This document shows, piece by piece, positions 18,352 through 28,968 of a DNA stretch of 64,000 nucleotides (within the stretch, counting starts at the first letter, position 1; every line of letters begins with the position of its first letter). Location: the NCBI GenBank assembly GCA_964648665.1, contig CAZYOA010000009.1, forward strand, positions 83 through 64,082. The letters are read 5' to 3'. Source of the DNA: an uncultured Planctomycetales bacterium. Its GTDB lineage: Bacteria; Omnitrophota; Gorgyraeia; Zapsychrales; Aceulaceae. Below the pieces are notes generated by a model. The model was not told the DNA's origin and made no database searches. It saw only the letters and a program-made list of their open reading frames with translations. A program made the position numbers and the translations under genes.

Positions 18352-19301
18352 ATTTTCTCCTTCATGATAACTAAAGGCACTTTGATATTGAAATTTTCAT
18401 CAATCGCCCTTCGGGTTGCAACAATATCATTTAAAATTTCAACAATTTCTTTAAATTCATATTTCTTTTCAAAATACTTTAAATCGCTTAATCGATCAAT
18501 ATTTGCCAAATGCTGATCAGATGATTGGTTTTTAAGCATCATTAAATCCTTAAACCATAAAAACAAGAAATAAACAACTTCACGAACCACTAATTTATCA
18601 GATAAGATTTTCTTAAAATATATTTCGCTATCTTGCTCAAAAACAAACTGATCGATAGCTTCATTCTTGCGATCAAAAATCCCTTTGTAATCCCCATTTA
18701 ATCGTCCTAAAGATCCATCTGAAAAATGTGCCAAAAAATGTGCCATCAATTGATCACAGCCATAGTTTTCAGTCAATTGTTTCTGTATTAATTTGTTATC
18801 AAGAGAAAAGAAATGAACACTCTGACAACGAGATCGAATAGTACCAAGCAGCCTTTCTGGCGCCGATGTCGTTAAAATAATCAAACTCCCCTTGCTTGGT
18901 TCCTCCAAAGTTTTTAAAAGAGCGTTGCTGGCTTCAATTGTCAATCGTTCAGCATTGTGAATCAAAAAGATTTTTGTTTTCGCCTCATAAGCTCGAAACT
19001 GCATTTCGTTAATTAACAATCGAATATCTTCAATCTTAATAGCCTGAGAAGAATCTTCAAGAATATGAATATCAGGATGATTTCCACTATTAATTTTTAT
19101 ACACGTCGCACATTGATCACAAAATGTGCCATCTCTTAAATTCTCACAATTTACTAATTTTGAGACAACAATTGCTGTCGATAGCTTTCCTGTTTTCTTA
19201 GGCCCTAAAAATAAGTACGCATGAGCTAAGCGACCTGAACGAACGAATAAGGAGAATTTATCAACAACTGAATTATTTATTAAATCTACTGCTGTGCTCA
19301 T
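18339..19301 (-). CDS. holB: DNA polymerase III subunit delta'
   Basis: LAHAYLFLGPKKTGK, a C..C..C zinc module and an SRC motif (TIRSRCQ). The ATG at 19301 forms an ATGA overlap with the tmk stop. Confidence 0.85.
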   Translation of the reverse strand: MSTAVDLINNSVVDKFSLFVRSGRLAHAYLFLGPKKTGKLSTAIVVSKLVNCENLRDGTFCDQCATCIKINSGNHPDIHILEDSSQAIKIEDIRLLINEMQFRAYEAKTKIFLIHNAERLTIEASNALLKTLEEPSKGSLIILTTSAPERLLGTIRSRCQSVHFFSLDNKLIQKQLTENYGCDQLMAHFLAHFSDGSLGRLNGDYKGIFDRKNEAIDQFVFEQDSEIYFKKILSDKLVVREVVYFLFLWFKDLMMLKNQSSDQHLANIDRLSDLKYFEKKYEFKEIVEILNDIVATRRAIDENFNIKVPLVIMKEKIWKK

Positions 19302-19927
19302 ATTTTTAACTTTTCGCAAACAAGCTTTTCAATCGTTTGCTTAATGCTATTAACATCATCATTAGCCTGAATAATTGTAATCCTCTTAGAATCCTTTTTT
19401 GCCAAAGCCAAATAACCTAATCGTACTTGATTGTGATATTTTACCGATCTTTGTTCAATGCGATCCTTAGCCTGACGAATACGAGAAAAACTTTTTGAGA
19501 TCTGCATATCAAGAAGAAATGTAATATCTGGAGCAATACCTTTTGTTGCAAAATATCCAACCTGCTCAATAAGGCTAACATCAATACCGCATCCATATCC
19601 TTGATAAGCTAACGTCGAATCTAAAAATCGATCACAAACAACAATCGTCCCTTTTTTAAGTGCTGGAAGAATGATTTCATCAACTAATTGTGCCCGAGCA
19701 GCCATATACAAAAGAACTTCGCATTCTTTAGTCATTTCTTTGTTTTTAACATCCAGCAAAACTTTTCGAATCTTTTCGCTAATTTTAATGCCACCCGGCT
19801 CTCGAATATGCAAAACCTTCTTTTTCTTATTTTTTAAATACGAACATAAAAGCTTTGCCTGCGTACTTTTTCCGCAACCCTCTGAACCCTCAAACGTAAT
19901 AAACGTTCCTTTTAAGCTCTTCGCCAT
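19298..19927 (-). CDS. tmk: Thymidylate kinase
   Basis: P-loop FITFEGSEGCGKST and DRF...S..AYQG motifs. Confidence 0.92.
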   Translation of the reverse strand: MAKSLKGTFITFEGSEGCGKSTQAKLLCSYLKNKKKKVLHIREPGGIKISEKIRKVLLDVKNKEMTKECEVLLYMAARAQLVDEIILPALKKGTIVVCDRFLDSTLAYQGYGCGIDVSLIEQVGYFATKGIAPDITFLLDMQISKSFSRIRQAKDRIEQRSVKYHNQVRLGYLALAKKDSKRITIIQANDDVNSIKQTIEKLVCEKLKI

Positions 19928-21285
19928 GCCTGCCCATCCTTACCATCCTGCACAATAATTCCTTTTTCTTTTAAGAAATCACGAAGTTCATCAGACTTCT
20001 GGAAATCTTTATTTTGCCGCACTTGCGCTCTCTCATCTAAGAGTGCTTTTTCTTCATCTGACAAATCAGTATCATTAAAATCTAGCGATAATCCAAGAAT
20101 ATCTCTCGCTAGCTGTTGAACGCTTTGATTAGCAATACAAAGAATACTTTTATCCTCAAGCCTATACGCACTCGTAACCATTTCAAATAATGCAGCCAAC
20201 GCTCTTGGAGTATTAAAATCATCTTCCATGGCTAATATAAATTCATCATAATGTTTTTTAATCTCCCCCGGAAGAAGCTTAACTTCAGACTGTTTTTGCG
20301 CATTAGCTTCAGCATTAAAGATTTTAAAACGTTCAATATTCTTTCGCACATCAATCATCTTTTCTTCATTAAAATCAATTGCGCTTGCATAGTGAGACGT
20401 CAAAAAGAATAGTTTCAATTCATCAGAACTATATTTTTTAAGCGCATCTTCAATTGTAATAAAATTTCCTAAAGACTTGCTCATTTTTTGACCACTAATC
20501 GTCAATAGTCCATGATGAATCCAATAATTCGCAAACGGCTTTGATGTTAATGCTTCGCTCTGCGCGACTTCGTTTTCATGATGAGGAAAAATAAGATCAC
20601 GTCCACCAGCATGGATATCAAGTGTTTCACAATTTAAATACTTCATGCTCATGACAGAACACTCAATATGCCATCCAGGCCTACCTTGACCCCAAGGACT
20701 ATCCCAAAATGGTTCACCCTCCTTAGATTTCTTCCAAAGAGCAAAATCCAAAGGATCCTTTTTTTCTACTCCTCTTTCAATGCGAACAGCTTCTTTCATT
20801 TTATCAACGCTCTGCCCAGAAAGCTTTCCATAATCTTTAAACTTGCGCACATTAAAATAAACATCGCCTTCAGACTCATAAGCAAAATCTTTTTCAATAA
20901 GCTCTTTAACATGACTGATCATCTCTGGAATATTTTCTGTTGCACGAGGCTCAATATCTGCTACAGAAACATTTAAATCTTTAAGATCTTTATAATATCC
21001 ATCAATATTCTCCTTGACGACATCAGACCAATCTTTCTTTACATCAATAGCCTTTTGAATAATTTTATCATCAATATCTGTAATATTGCGCACAAAATTA
21101 ACAACATAACCTCGAAACTTTAGGTACCGCTTAATAACATCGAAAATGTACAAACTTCGCGCATGTCCGATATGACATTTATCGTAAACGGTCACTCCGC
21201 AAGAATACATGTTAATCACATTTTCATGAATCGGCTTAAGTTCTTGCTTTGTTTTTGTTAAAGAATTATAAATTTGAATAGCCAT
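19912..21285 (-). CDS. cysS: Cysteine--tRNA ligase
   Basis: CGVTVYDKCHIGHARS (HIGH) and KMSKSLGN motifs; 457 aa. Confidence 0.94.
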   Translation of the reverse strand: MAIQIYNSLTKTKQELKPIHENVINMYSCGVTVYDKCHIGHARSLYIFDVIKRYLKFRGYVVNFVRNITDIDDKIIQKAIDVKKDWSDVVKENIDGYYKDLKDLNVSVADIEPRATENIPEMISHVKELIEKDFAYESEGDVYFNVRKFKDYGKLSGQSVDKMKEAVRIERGVEKKDPLDFALWKKSKEGEPFWDSPWGQGRPGWHIECSVMSMKYLNCETLDIHAGGRDLIFPHHENEVAQSEALTSKPFANYWIHHGLLTISGQKMSKSLGNFITIEDALKKYSSDELKLFFLTSHYASAIDFNEEKMIDVRKNIERFKIFNAEANAQKQSEVKLLPGEIKKHYDEFILAMEDDFNTPRALAALFEMVTSAYRLEDKSILCIANQSVQQLARDILGLSLDFNDTDLSDEEKALLDERAQVRQNKDFQKSDELRDFLKEKGIIVQDGKDGQAWRRA

Positions 21286-21293
21286 AGAATAAA

Positions 21294-21971
21294 TTATTTA
21301 AGTTTTTTCTCAAGTTCTAAAATTTTCTTTTTAAGCTCTTCCATCTGCTCCATAACAGGGTCAAGAACATGAACATGATCCATAAGTCGATCAATCTTTT
21401 TTCCGTCTTGCTTAGTTACGCGTCCAGGAACACCAACAACAGTTGTGTTTGCAGGCACTTCTTTAAGAACAACAGCGTTCGCACCAATATAAGAATTGTT
21501 TCCAATTTTTATATTTCCAAGTATTTTTGCACCAGCCCCAACGACAATGCTGTCGCCTAGAGTTGGATGACGCTTTCCTGTTTCTTTTCCTGTTCCTCCC
21601 AAAGTTACACCCTGAAACAACGTTACATTCTTGCCAATAATTGTTGTTTCTCCAATAACAACTCCTGTGCCATGATCAATAAAAAGACCTTTATCTATTT
21701 TAGCACCAGGATGAATCTCAATACCAGTCAAAAACCTTGAAAATTGAGATATCAATCGAGGAGCAAACGGAATACCTTGTTTTAGAAAAATGCGAGCAAC
21801 ACGATAAAAAACAATTGCATGCAACCCTGAATATAAAAATACAATCTGCAAGCTTCCCGCAGCAGCAGGATCTCTATCCTTAGCAGATTTAATTTCATCA
21901 CTAAATTTAATAGTAACAAAGAAATACCAAAGCAATAAAATAATGCCTAAATTAACTAAGAAAGATATCAT
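21294..21971 (-). CDS. cysE: Serine O-acetyltransferase with N-terminal hydrophobic segment
   Basis: DRDPAA...[13 protein letters not shown]...[11 protein letters not shown] followed by hexapeptide repeats. There are extra N-terminal hydrophobic residues (about 20 aa) and a C-terminal coiled-coil. Confidence 0.88.
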   Translation of the reverse strand: MISFLVNLGIILLLWYFFVTIKFSDEIKSAKDRDPAAAGSLQIVFLYSGLHAIVFYRVARIFLKQGIPFAPRLISQFSRFLTGIEIHPGAKIDKGLFIDHGTGVVIGETTIIGKNVTLFQGVTLGGTGKETGKRHPTLGDSIVVGAGAKILGNIKIGNNSYIGANAVVLKEVPANTTVVGVPGRVTKQDGKKIDRLMDHVHVLDPVMEQMEELKKKILELEKKLK

Positions 21972-21974
21972 AAA

Positions 21975-22466
21975 TCACATCTCCTGTTTTTTGATTAGCA
22001 ACACCACCGCATGAGCAGCAATCGCCTCTTGCTCACCAGAACCAAAACCTAAACCTTCAGTTGTTTTTGCTTTAATATTTACTTTCGCTTCACCAACACT
22101 TAAAGCTTGAGCTAAAATTAATCTCATCTTCCCTTTAAACGGCTTAAGGTTTGGCTCATCAGCCACAACAATAGTATCAAGATTTGAAATCTCAAGATTT
22201 TCTTGATCAACGAAACTCTTAACCTGTTCCAATAGCGTCATACTTGAAACTCCCTTATATTTCTCGTCAGTATCAGGAAAAAGTTCTCCAATGTCTCCTT
22301 TGCCGATTGCACCTAAAAGTGCATCACAAATTGCATGAATCAAAACATCTGCATCAGAATGGCCTAAAAGTCCCTTCTTAAAAGGAATCTCAAGTCCTCC
22401 TAAAACTAATTTTCTTCCCTCAACTAATCGATGAAGATCGTATCCAATTCCAATTCTCTCTATCAT
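21975..22466 (-). CDS. ispF: 2-C-methyl-D-erythritol 2,4-cyclodiphosphate synthase
   Basis: IGIGYDLHRL...GHSDADVLIHA motifs; ATGA overlap with ispD. Confidence 0.93.
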   Translation of the reverse strand: MIERIGIGYDLHRLVEGRKLVLGGLEIPFKKGLLGHSDADVLIHAICDALLGAIGKGDIGELFPDTDEKYKGVSSMTLLEQVKSFVDQENLEISNLDTIVVADEPNLKPFKGKMRLILAQALSVGEAKVNIKAKTTEGLGFGSGEQEAIAAHAVVLLIKKQEM

Positions 22467-23152
22467 GCTTTTCCTTTTTCTCTTACTAAGAACTCAGCTA
22501 ATTTAAAATCCTCAGGAGTCGTAATCTTAATATTTTGATAATCCCCCTGAACAACTTTTACTTTAATACCCATTTGCTCAACAAGGCTAGAATCATCAGT
22601 TGGCTTCTTTTGATCAATATTTTCATATGCTTTCAAAAGAACATCTTTTTTAAAAACTTGTGGCGTTTGAACATTCCAAAGCTTTGCTCGATCTAACGTT
22701 TCAGCAACTGTCATGCTTTCAAGATCTACTATTTTTATTGTTGGCTTAACAGGAACAGCTGCAATCGCGGCTAAATTTTCTTCAGCTTCTTTTATGCACC
22801 TTTCTATTAAATCAATCGAAACAAAAGGACGCGCCCCATCATGAACAACAACAATATCTGTATCTTCATCTAATTTCTGCAAACCCTTCTTAACAGAATC
22901 ACATCTTTCTTTTCCGCCAGGAATAACGCATTTTATTTTCTTAAATCCATGATCACTAATCATTACCTTAAAACTTTCGACTTTATCAGGATGTCCAACA
23001 ATAATGACGCTATCAATCAAAGAACATTTTTCAAATACTTCAAGCGAATATGCAAGAATCGATTTTCCCTCTAACAAAACTAACGGCTTTAATAACGCAT
23101 TCTTTAACCTAAGTCCAGATCCAGCTGATGGAATAATCGCTTGTATTTTCAT
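22463..23152 (-). CDS. ispD: 2-C-methyl-D-erythritol 4-phosphate cytidylyltransferase
   Basis: AIIPSAGSGLRL and VHDGARP motifs. The ATG at 23152 gives the canonical N-terminus; the track start at 23176 is TTG. Confidence 0.9.
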   Translation of the reverse strand: MKIQAIIPSAGSGLRLKNALLKPLVLLEGKSILAYSLEVFEKCSLIDSVIIVGHPDKVESFKVMISDHGFKKIKCVIPGGKERCDSVKKGLQKLDEDTDIVVVHDGARPFVSIDLIERCIKEAEENLAAIAAVPVKPTIKIVDLESMTVAETLDRAKLWNVQTPQVFKKDVLLKAYENIDQKKPTDDSSLVEQMGIKVKVVQGDYQNIKITTPEDFKLAEFLVREKGKA

Positions 23153-23159
23153 AGTTTTA

Positions 23160-24137
23160 CTAAATAAGCTTGGCAAAGATCATGCGTCCAGCTTGTGTTT
23201 GAAGAGCAGAAGTAACTTCTACCTTTATTTCTTTACCAACTTTGTCTCGTGCATCTGCTACAACAATCATGGTTCCGTCATCCATATACCCAACAGCTTG
23301 ATTAGATTCCGTTCCTTCTTTTACCAGTTTTACCAATAGCTGATCAGAAGGAAAAACAATAGGTTTAACAGCATTAACAAGCTCGTTAACATTTAGAATT
23401 CGAATTCCTTGAATTCCGGCATTACGATTTAAATTAAAATCTGTAGTACAAATTTTTGCTTCAATGCGTTTTGCTAAATGCAAAAGCTTGTCATCGACCT
23501 CTGCAACATCAGGAATGTCATCCTCGTGCACTTTAATATCAATATCCGGATCTTTCTGCATAAGACTCAGGATTTCCATGCCACGTCTTCCTCGCTCTCG
23601 CTTTAATCCATCTTTTAAATCTGCAAGATTCTGAAGTTCTTTTAAAACAAAACGCGGAACAACTAAACGTGCTTGAAAAAAGTCTGTCTTAGAAATATCA
23701 ACAATACGTCCATCTATGATGGCGCTCGTATCTAAAATAACAACATTCTCATAAAAGGTTTCTTTTCGAAATCGCACATAAGGAATGATGAGATTAAATT
23801 CATCTTTACCTCGAAGAGCCATAGAAACTCCAAGATAAGAAAAAACAATTGTCAAAACAACACGAAAAATTGAAATCGAATAAATGCTCAAAGGAAGTAA
23901 CGCTAAAATATCTGTAATCAACTTTGCAATGATCATACCTAAAACAAGGCCAAAGACCATACTCGACAATCCTCGAAGAGAAACTCGATACATCTTACTT
24001 TCGAGAATAATCAAAACAAGTCCAAAACCAATACCTCCAAATAAACCAATTAAAACATTTCCGTTAATTTCCCCAATCTGGTAACCAACAACTGCACTCA
24101 AAAGAACAAAGAATATTCGTATAATAAGCAATGTCAT
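23160..24137 (-). CDS. PIN/TRAM-domain membrane protein (YacL-like)
   Basis: Four N-terminal TM helices, a PIN-like core (ILDTSAIIDGR...) and a C-terminal TRAM-like beta region. It holds the same position as yacL in the radA-ispD block. Confidence 0.8.
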   Translation of the reverse strand: MTLLIIRIFFVLLSAVVGYQIGEINGNVLIGLFGGIGFGLVLIILESKMYRVSLRGLSSMVFGLVLGMIIAKLITDILALLPLSIYSISIFRVVLTIVFSYLGVSMALRGKDEFNLIIPYVRFRKETFYENVVILDTSAIIDGRIVDISKTDFFQARLVVPRFVLKELQNLADLKDGLKRERGRRGMEILSLMQKDPDIDIKVHEDDIPDVAEVDDKLLHLAKRIEAKICTTDFNLNRNAGIQGIRILNVNELVNAVKPIVFPSDQLLVKLVKEGTESNQAVGYMDDGTMIVVADARDKVGKEIKVEVTSALQTQAGRMIFAKLI

Positions 24138-24173
24138 GTCAACTCCTTTTACATAATAGATAATAACTAATGT

Positions 24174-25532
24174 TTATAAATAACTCAAAGCCTCTTTTGC
24201 CGTTTCAACCCCAATTAAATCAAGACCATAAGATTTAAGCTGTTTTTGATTCTTTAAATTATTTTTTGGTAAAATACATCTTTTAAATCCAAGCTTATGA
24301 GCTTCGTTAACTCGCAAAGCAACCTGGCTAACACTTCGGACTTCAGAAGAAAGACCGACTTCACCAATCACAACGAGATCAGATGAAATTTTCTTATCTA
24401 AAAGCGCTGAAGCAACAGCTAAACAAACACCTAAATCTGCGGCTGGATCCATTACCCGAACACCTCCAACAACATTTAAAAATATATCCTTATCTTGTAG
24501 AGACAATCCATTCTTTTTTTCTAAAACAGCTGCAAGTAACGCTAATCGATTTGAATCAAAGCCCTGTGTTTTTTGTCGAGAAATTCCAAAATTAGCTCGA
24601 CAAACCAACCCTTGAATTTCAACTAAAAAAGGTCTTGTGCCCTCTAAAATCGGAACAACAACTGACCCCGACGAACCTAAAGCGCGTTCAGATAAAAATA
24701 TTTCTGATGGATTTCTAACTTCTTGCAACCCTTCAGCCGTCATTTCAAAAACACCCAATTCATTCGTTGAGCCAAATCGATTCTTTGTTGTACGCAAAAC
24801 ACGATAGCTTGAATAACGTTCACCTTCAAAATATAAAACCGTATCTACTAAATGTTCTAAGACTCTCGGACCCGCCAAAGCTCCATCTTTTGTTACATGC
24901 CCAATCAAAATAACTGCAATCGATTTTGTTTTCGCAAGCTGAGTTAAAAGTGACGCACATTCGCGAACTTGGCTAACGCTTCCTGGACTTGAAGAAAAAT
25001 CTTTTTTATAAACCACTTGAATTGAATCCACAACAACAACATCTGGCTTTAGTTCATTAATCTGATCTAGAATCAAATCAAGATCAATTTGATTTACCAT
25101 GTAAAGTTTTGCTTTTTCTTGCTCAACCAGCCGATCTGCCCTCATTTTTGTTTGCTTAACAGATTCTTCTCCACTAACATAAAAAACTTTTTGACCTTTT
25201 GTGCTCAAAAGACACGCAACCTGAAGCGCAAGCGTAGATTTTCCAATTCCAGGATCTCCTCCAAGAAGAACAACAGAGCCCGGAACAACTCCGCCACCTA
25301 AGACACGATCAAATTCCTGATTCGTAGTTTTAAAACGATTTTCACTTTTCGCAATTACATCGCTAAGCAAAACTGGACTTTGCTTTGAAAACATTTCATC
25401 CCTTGGTGTTTCAACAGGATTAACACGTTCTTCGACAAATGAATTCCAGCTATGACAACTTGGACACTTTCCAAGCCACCCAGATGATTGAGCGCCACAT
25501 TCTTGGCAAACATATAGTGTTTTTGTTTTCAT
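24174..25532 (-). CDS. radA: DNA repair protein RadA/Sms
   Basis: N-terminal zinc finger CQECG...CPSC, Walker A GDPGIGKST, a KNRFG motif and a Lon-like C-terminus. Confidence 0.94.
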   Translation of the reverse strand: MKTKTLYVCQECGAQSSGWLGKCPSCHSWNSFVEERVNPVETPRDEMFSKQSPVLLSDVIAKSENRFKTTNQEFDRVLGGGVVPGSVVLLGGDPGIGKSTLALQVACLLSTKGQKVFYVSGEESVKQTKMRADRLVEQEKAKLYMVNQIDLDLILDQINELKPDVVVVDSIQVVYKKDFSSSPGSVSQVRECASLLTQLAKTKSIAVILIGHVTKDGALAGPRVLEHLVDTVLYFEGERYSSYRVLRTTKNRFGSTNELGVFEMTAEGLQEVRNPSEIFLSERALGSSGSVVVPILEGTRPFLVEIQGLVCRANFGISRQKTQGFDSNRLALLAAVLEKKNGLSLQDKDIFLNVVGGVRVMDPAADLGVCLAVASALLDKKISSDLVVIGEVGLSSEVRSVSQVALRVNEAHKLGFKRCILPKNNLKNQKQLKSYGLDLIGVETAKEALSYL

Positions 25533-25536
25533 AATA

Positions 25537-26502
25537 TTAAAATTTAATATTTTTCTGTATTGTTAACATATCCGATTCTTTATCTCCAAGAGATCCGGGG
25601 TCAGTACGCATTAAATATTTAAACTGAGTCTCACTTTCCCCTTTTTCTCCTTTTTCTTTCCGAATAGTCCATTCTCTCTGAACATCTGTTTCCCGAATTA
25701 AAGGAGCAACTTTAAGTCTTGCAATTTGCTGTTCAAAACCATCAAATCCTTTTGAAAGATCAACAACTCCTTCGACATTAGCGCTTACACCACCTTCTTC
25801 AGTGATGCTCGTTTGCGTTAAATTAAAAGTCGGATACATTCCCTGAAAATTTAAGACAATATTATCATATTCAAAATCTTCAATTTGTCCCCCATAAGAA
25901 TTTAAACTTCCTTTAATCTCCGGATCTCTTGAAAGCCCCTCAACTTGAATTTTTCCTGAAACCCCACCCTTCAAGAATAAATTATGTTCTGGATTAACCC
26001 AAGACAAAAAGTCAACTAACGAAACATCCAAAAAAATAAGCGAGAAATTAATTGCATATGGCTTAAGCAAAGATAAATATCCTCGAGCAGTCAATCCTTT
26101 TAAAAATATTGGATCAAGAAAGAATTTATCATCTCTAAACTCAAATGTTCCTAAAGATGCGTATTCCTTATTGCCCGTGTTTGGATCTTGCATATCCATG
26201 CCAATTGCACCACGAATAAAAGAATCTTTATTTTTACGCTTAACAACTTTTGCTGTTCCACTTAAAGATGTAGATATATCAAAAACAAGCGTTTTTAAAT
26301 CATAAGCTGCAATATCAAAATCAATTGCATCATCGCTGACACCAATGCTTTTAAAGAAAATAAGGCCGTTATCAGGAATGTTAACCTCTAAATTTAATTC
26401 CTTACTTAACAAATCTACATTTCCTCGAAAAGTAAAATCTGCACAAGCAGTTTTTGCCAATAAAAGCAAACTTACAATAACAAAAATAAAAGTTCTTAAC
26501 AT
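25537..26502 (-). CDS. Hypothetical secreted protein
   Basis: 321-aa ORF with signal peptide MLRTFIFVIVSLLLLAKTACA. A beta-rich body carries G-x-V/I-x-G spaced motifs faintly reminiscent of AsmA/TamB repeats. No family was recognised. Confidence 0.6.
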   Translation of the reverse strand: MLRTFIFVIVSLLLLAKTACADFTFRGNVDLLSKELNLEVNIPDNGLIFFKSIGVSDDAIDFDIAAYDLKTLVFDISTSLSGTAKVVKRKNKDSFIRGAIGMDMQDPNTGNKEYASLGTFEFRDDKFFLDPIFLKGLTARGYLSLLKPYAINFSLIFLDVSLVDFLSWVNPEHNLFLKGGVSGKIQVEGLSRDPEIKGSLNSYGGQIEDFEYDNIVLNFQGMYPTFNLTQTSITEEGGVSANVEGVVDLSKGFDGFEQQIARLKVAPLIRETDVQREWTIRKEKGEKGESETQFKYLMRTDPGSLGDKESDMLTIQKNIKF

Positions 26503-28929
26503 TTATTCAAAAGTCAATTCTTGATTTTTACGCTTAGCTTTAATAACGCTTCCTTCTTTAAAACGACCAGAAATAATGTGCTCCGCTAAAGGATCTTCTA
26601 AAAATCGCTGAATTGTCCTCTTAAGCGGTCGCGCACCAAAAGCTGGATCAAATCCTTTTTCAATCAGAAACTCAACAGCATCTTTTGAAAGTTCAATATG
26701 AATATCTTTTTCTTTAAGCCTTTTCACAACTTCATCAACTTCTAAGTTAACAATATGAACAAGATCTTCTCTTGTTAAAGATTGAAAAACAATAATATCA
26801 TCAAGTCGATTTAAAAACTCTGGCTTAAATGTTTTCTTAATTTCATCTAAAAGACGTGTCTTCATATCTTGATACGTTACTTCTGTATCTTGAGAAGCAA
26901 ATCCTAGAGAACCTTTTTGGCGCAAGATTTCAGCACCAACATTTGATGTCATAATAATAATAGTATTTCGAAAATCAATACGCCTTCCTAAGCTATCCGT
27001 TAGACGTCCGTCTTCTAAAACCTGAAGAAGAAGATTAAAAACATCTTGATGTGCTTTTTCGATCTCATCTAAGAGCACAACAGCATAAGGTCTACGTCTT
27101 ACCTTTTCTGTAAGCTGTCCACCTTCTTCATACCCAACATATCCTGGAGGGGCGCCAATTAAACGAGAAACATTAAACTTATCCATATACTCCGACATAT
27201 CAATTTGAATAATTGAATTTTCATCTCCAAACATAGACTCAGAAAGCACTTGTGCAAGCAATGTCTTTCCAACACCCGTTGGACCTAAAAACATGAACGA
27301 TCCAATTGGACGTGCAGGATCTTTAATTCCTGCACGAGAACGACGTACGGCACGAGCAATCGCACTAATAGCTTCTTTTTGGCCAATAACTGTCCCCGAC
27401 AAGCTTTCCTCAAGCTTAAGAAGTTTTTCAGTTTCTTTTTGTTCCAATCGAATCAAAGGAATCTTTGTCCACTGTGCAATAACTTTAGCAATGTCTTCTT
27501 CAGTAATCGTTGGCGTTACACTGTCTCGATGCTGCATCCATTCCTTACGCATAACATCAAGTTTTTCTCTTGCTTCACGCTCCTGATCGCGCATCTGAGC
27601 TGCTTTCTCAAAGTCTTGACTTTTAATAAATGCTTCTTTTTCTTGCTTTAGATGTTCAATTTGTTCTTCAGACTTTTTAATATCTTTAGGAACAATCATC
27701 ATGTCTAAACTTGCACGAGCACCCGTTTCATCTAAAAGATCAACAGCCTTATCTGGTAAAAAACGTCCAGATACATATCGATCAGAAAGCTTAGCTGCTG
27801 CCTCAATAGCTTCGGGTGAATATTTAACTCTGTGATGAGCTTCATACCTATCTTGAAGCCCTCGTAGGATCTGAATTGTTTCATCCACAGATGGCGGCTC
27901 AACCATAATCGTCTGAAATCGTCTTTCTAAAGCCGCATCTTTCTCAATATTCTTTCGATATTCATCAATCGTTGTTGCCCCGACACACTGAATCTCTCCT
28001 CGAGCCAATGCAGGCTTTAGAATATTTGCTGCATCAATTGCGCCTTCCGCAGCTCCAGCACCTACAAGAGTATGAATTTCATCAATAAATAAAATAATTT
28101 TCTTAGATCTCTTGATTTCATCCATAATCGCTTTGATGCGCTCTTCGAATTGTCCGCGATACTTTGTACCCGCAATCATCATCGCAAGATCAAGAACAAT
28201 GATGTTTTTATCTCTTAAATTCTCTGGAATATCTCCTTCAACAATTAGCTGAGCAAGACCTTCAACAATAGCTGTTTTTCCAACCCCAGCTTCACCTATC
28301 AAAACAGGATTATTTTTATTTCTACGTGTTAAAATTTGAATAATACGCTCAATCTCCATTTCTCGACCAATCACAGGATCAAGCTTGCCTTCCTTGGCAA
28401 GTTTATTCAAATTTCTTCCATAAGCATCAATCGCTGGCGTCTTTCCTTTTTTTGTTTTCTCTTCTTCTGCGTTATAGCCTGGAATGCCAGAACCGAGAAG
28501 TTCCATAATTTCATTTCTCACTTTTTCCAAATCTACACCCATATTTAAAAACACACGATACGCAACGCCTTCCCCTTCTCGAATAAGACCAAGAAGAAGA
28601 TGTTCTGTTCCAATATAATTATGTCCTAACGCCCTAGCTTCTTCAGCTGAAAGCTCCAAAGCTTTCTTAGATCGCGGTGTAAACGGAATATCACCCATGA
28701 CTTGAGTTTGAGGACCAGGCTGAACAACTTTTTCAACTTCAATTCGGATTGACTCCAAATCAAGACCTAACTTTTGTAAAACAGCAGCAGCAACACCTTC
28801 TCCTTCTCGAACAAGACCAAGAAGCAAATGTTCTGTGCCAATATAATCATGATTAAATCGTTTAGCTTCTTCTTTAGCTAAAACAATAACTTTTCGTGCA
28901 CGTTCTGTAAATCTATTAAACATATACAT
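26503..28929 (-). CDS. clpC: ATP-dependent Clp protease ATP-binding subunit ClpC
   Basis: Duplicated Clp_N repeats ([10 protein letters not shown] x2), two AAA+ modules ([16 protein letters not shown]) and a UVR-like linker. Confidence 0.95.
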   Translation of the reverse strand: MYMFNRFTERARKVIVLAKEEAKRFNHDYIGTEHLLLGLVREGEGVAAAVLQKLGLDLESIRIEVEKVVQPGPQTQVMGDIPFTPRSKKALELSAEEARALGHNYIGTEHLLLGLIREGEGVAYRVFLNMGVDLEKVRNEIMELLGSGIPGYNAEEEKTKKGKTPAIDAYGRNLNKLAKEGKLDPVIGREMEIERIIQILTRRNKNNPVLIGEAGVGKTAIVEGLAQLIVEGDIPENLRDKNIIVLDLAMMIAGTKYRGQFEERIKAIMDEIKRSKKIILFIDEIHTLVGAGAAEGAIDAANILKPALARGEIQCVGATTIDEYRKNIEKDAALERRFQTIMVEPPSVDETIQILRGLQDRYEAHHRVKYSPEAIEAAAKLSDRYVSGRFLPDKAVDLLDETGARASLDMMIVPKDIKKSEEQIEHLKQEKEAFIKSQDFEKAAQMRDQEREAREKLDVMRKEWMQHRDSVTPTITEEDIAKVIAQWTKIPLIRLEQKETEKLLKLEESLSGTVIGQKEAISAIARAVRRSRAGIKDPARPIGSFMFLGPTGVGKTLLAQVLSESMFGDENSIIQIDMSEYMDKFNVSRLIGAPPGYVGYEEGGQLTEKVRRRPYAVVLLDEIEKAHQDVFNLLLQVLEDGRLTDSLGRRIDFRNTIIIMTSNVGAEILRQKGSLGFASQDTEVTYQDMKTRLLDEIKKTFKPEFLNRLDDIIVFQSLTREDLVHIVNLEVDEVVKRLKEKDIHIELSKDAVEFLIEKGFDPAFGARPLKRTIQRFLEDPLAEHIISGRFKEGSVIKAKRKNQELTFE

Positions 28930-28968
28930 CCTCCTCGATAATAAAAAAATAATGTTAAATCAATTTTC

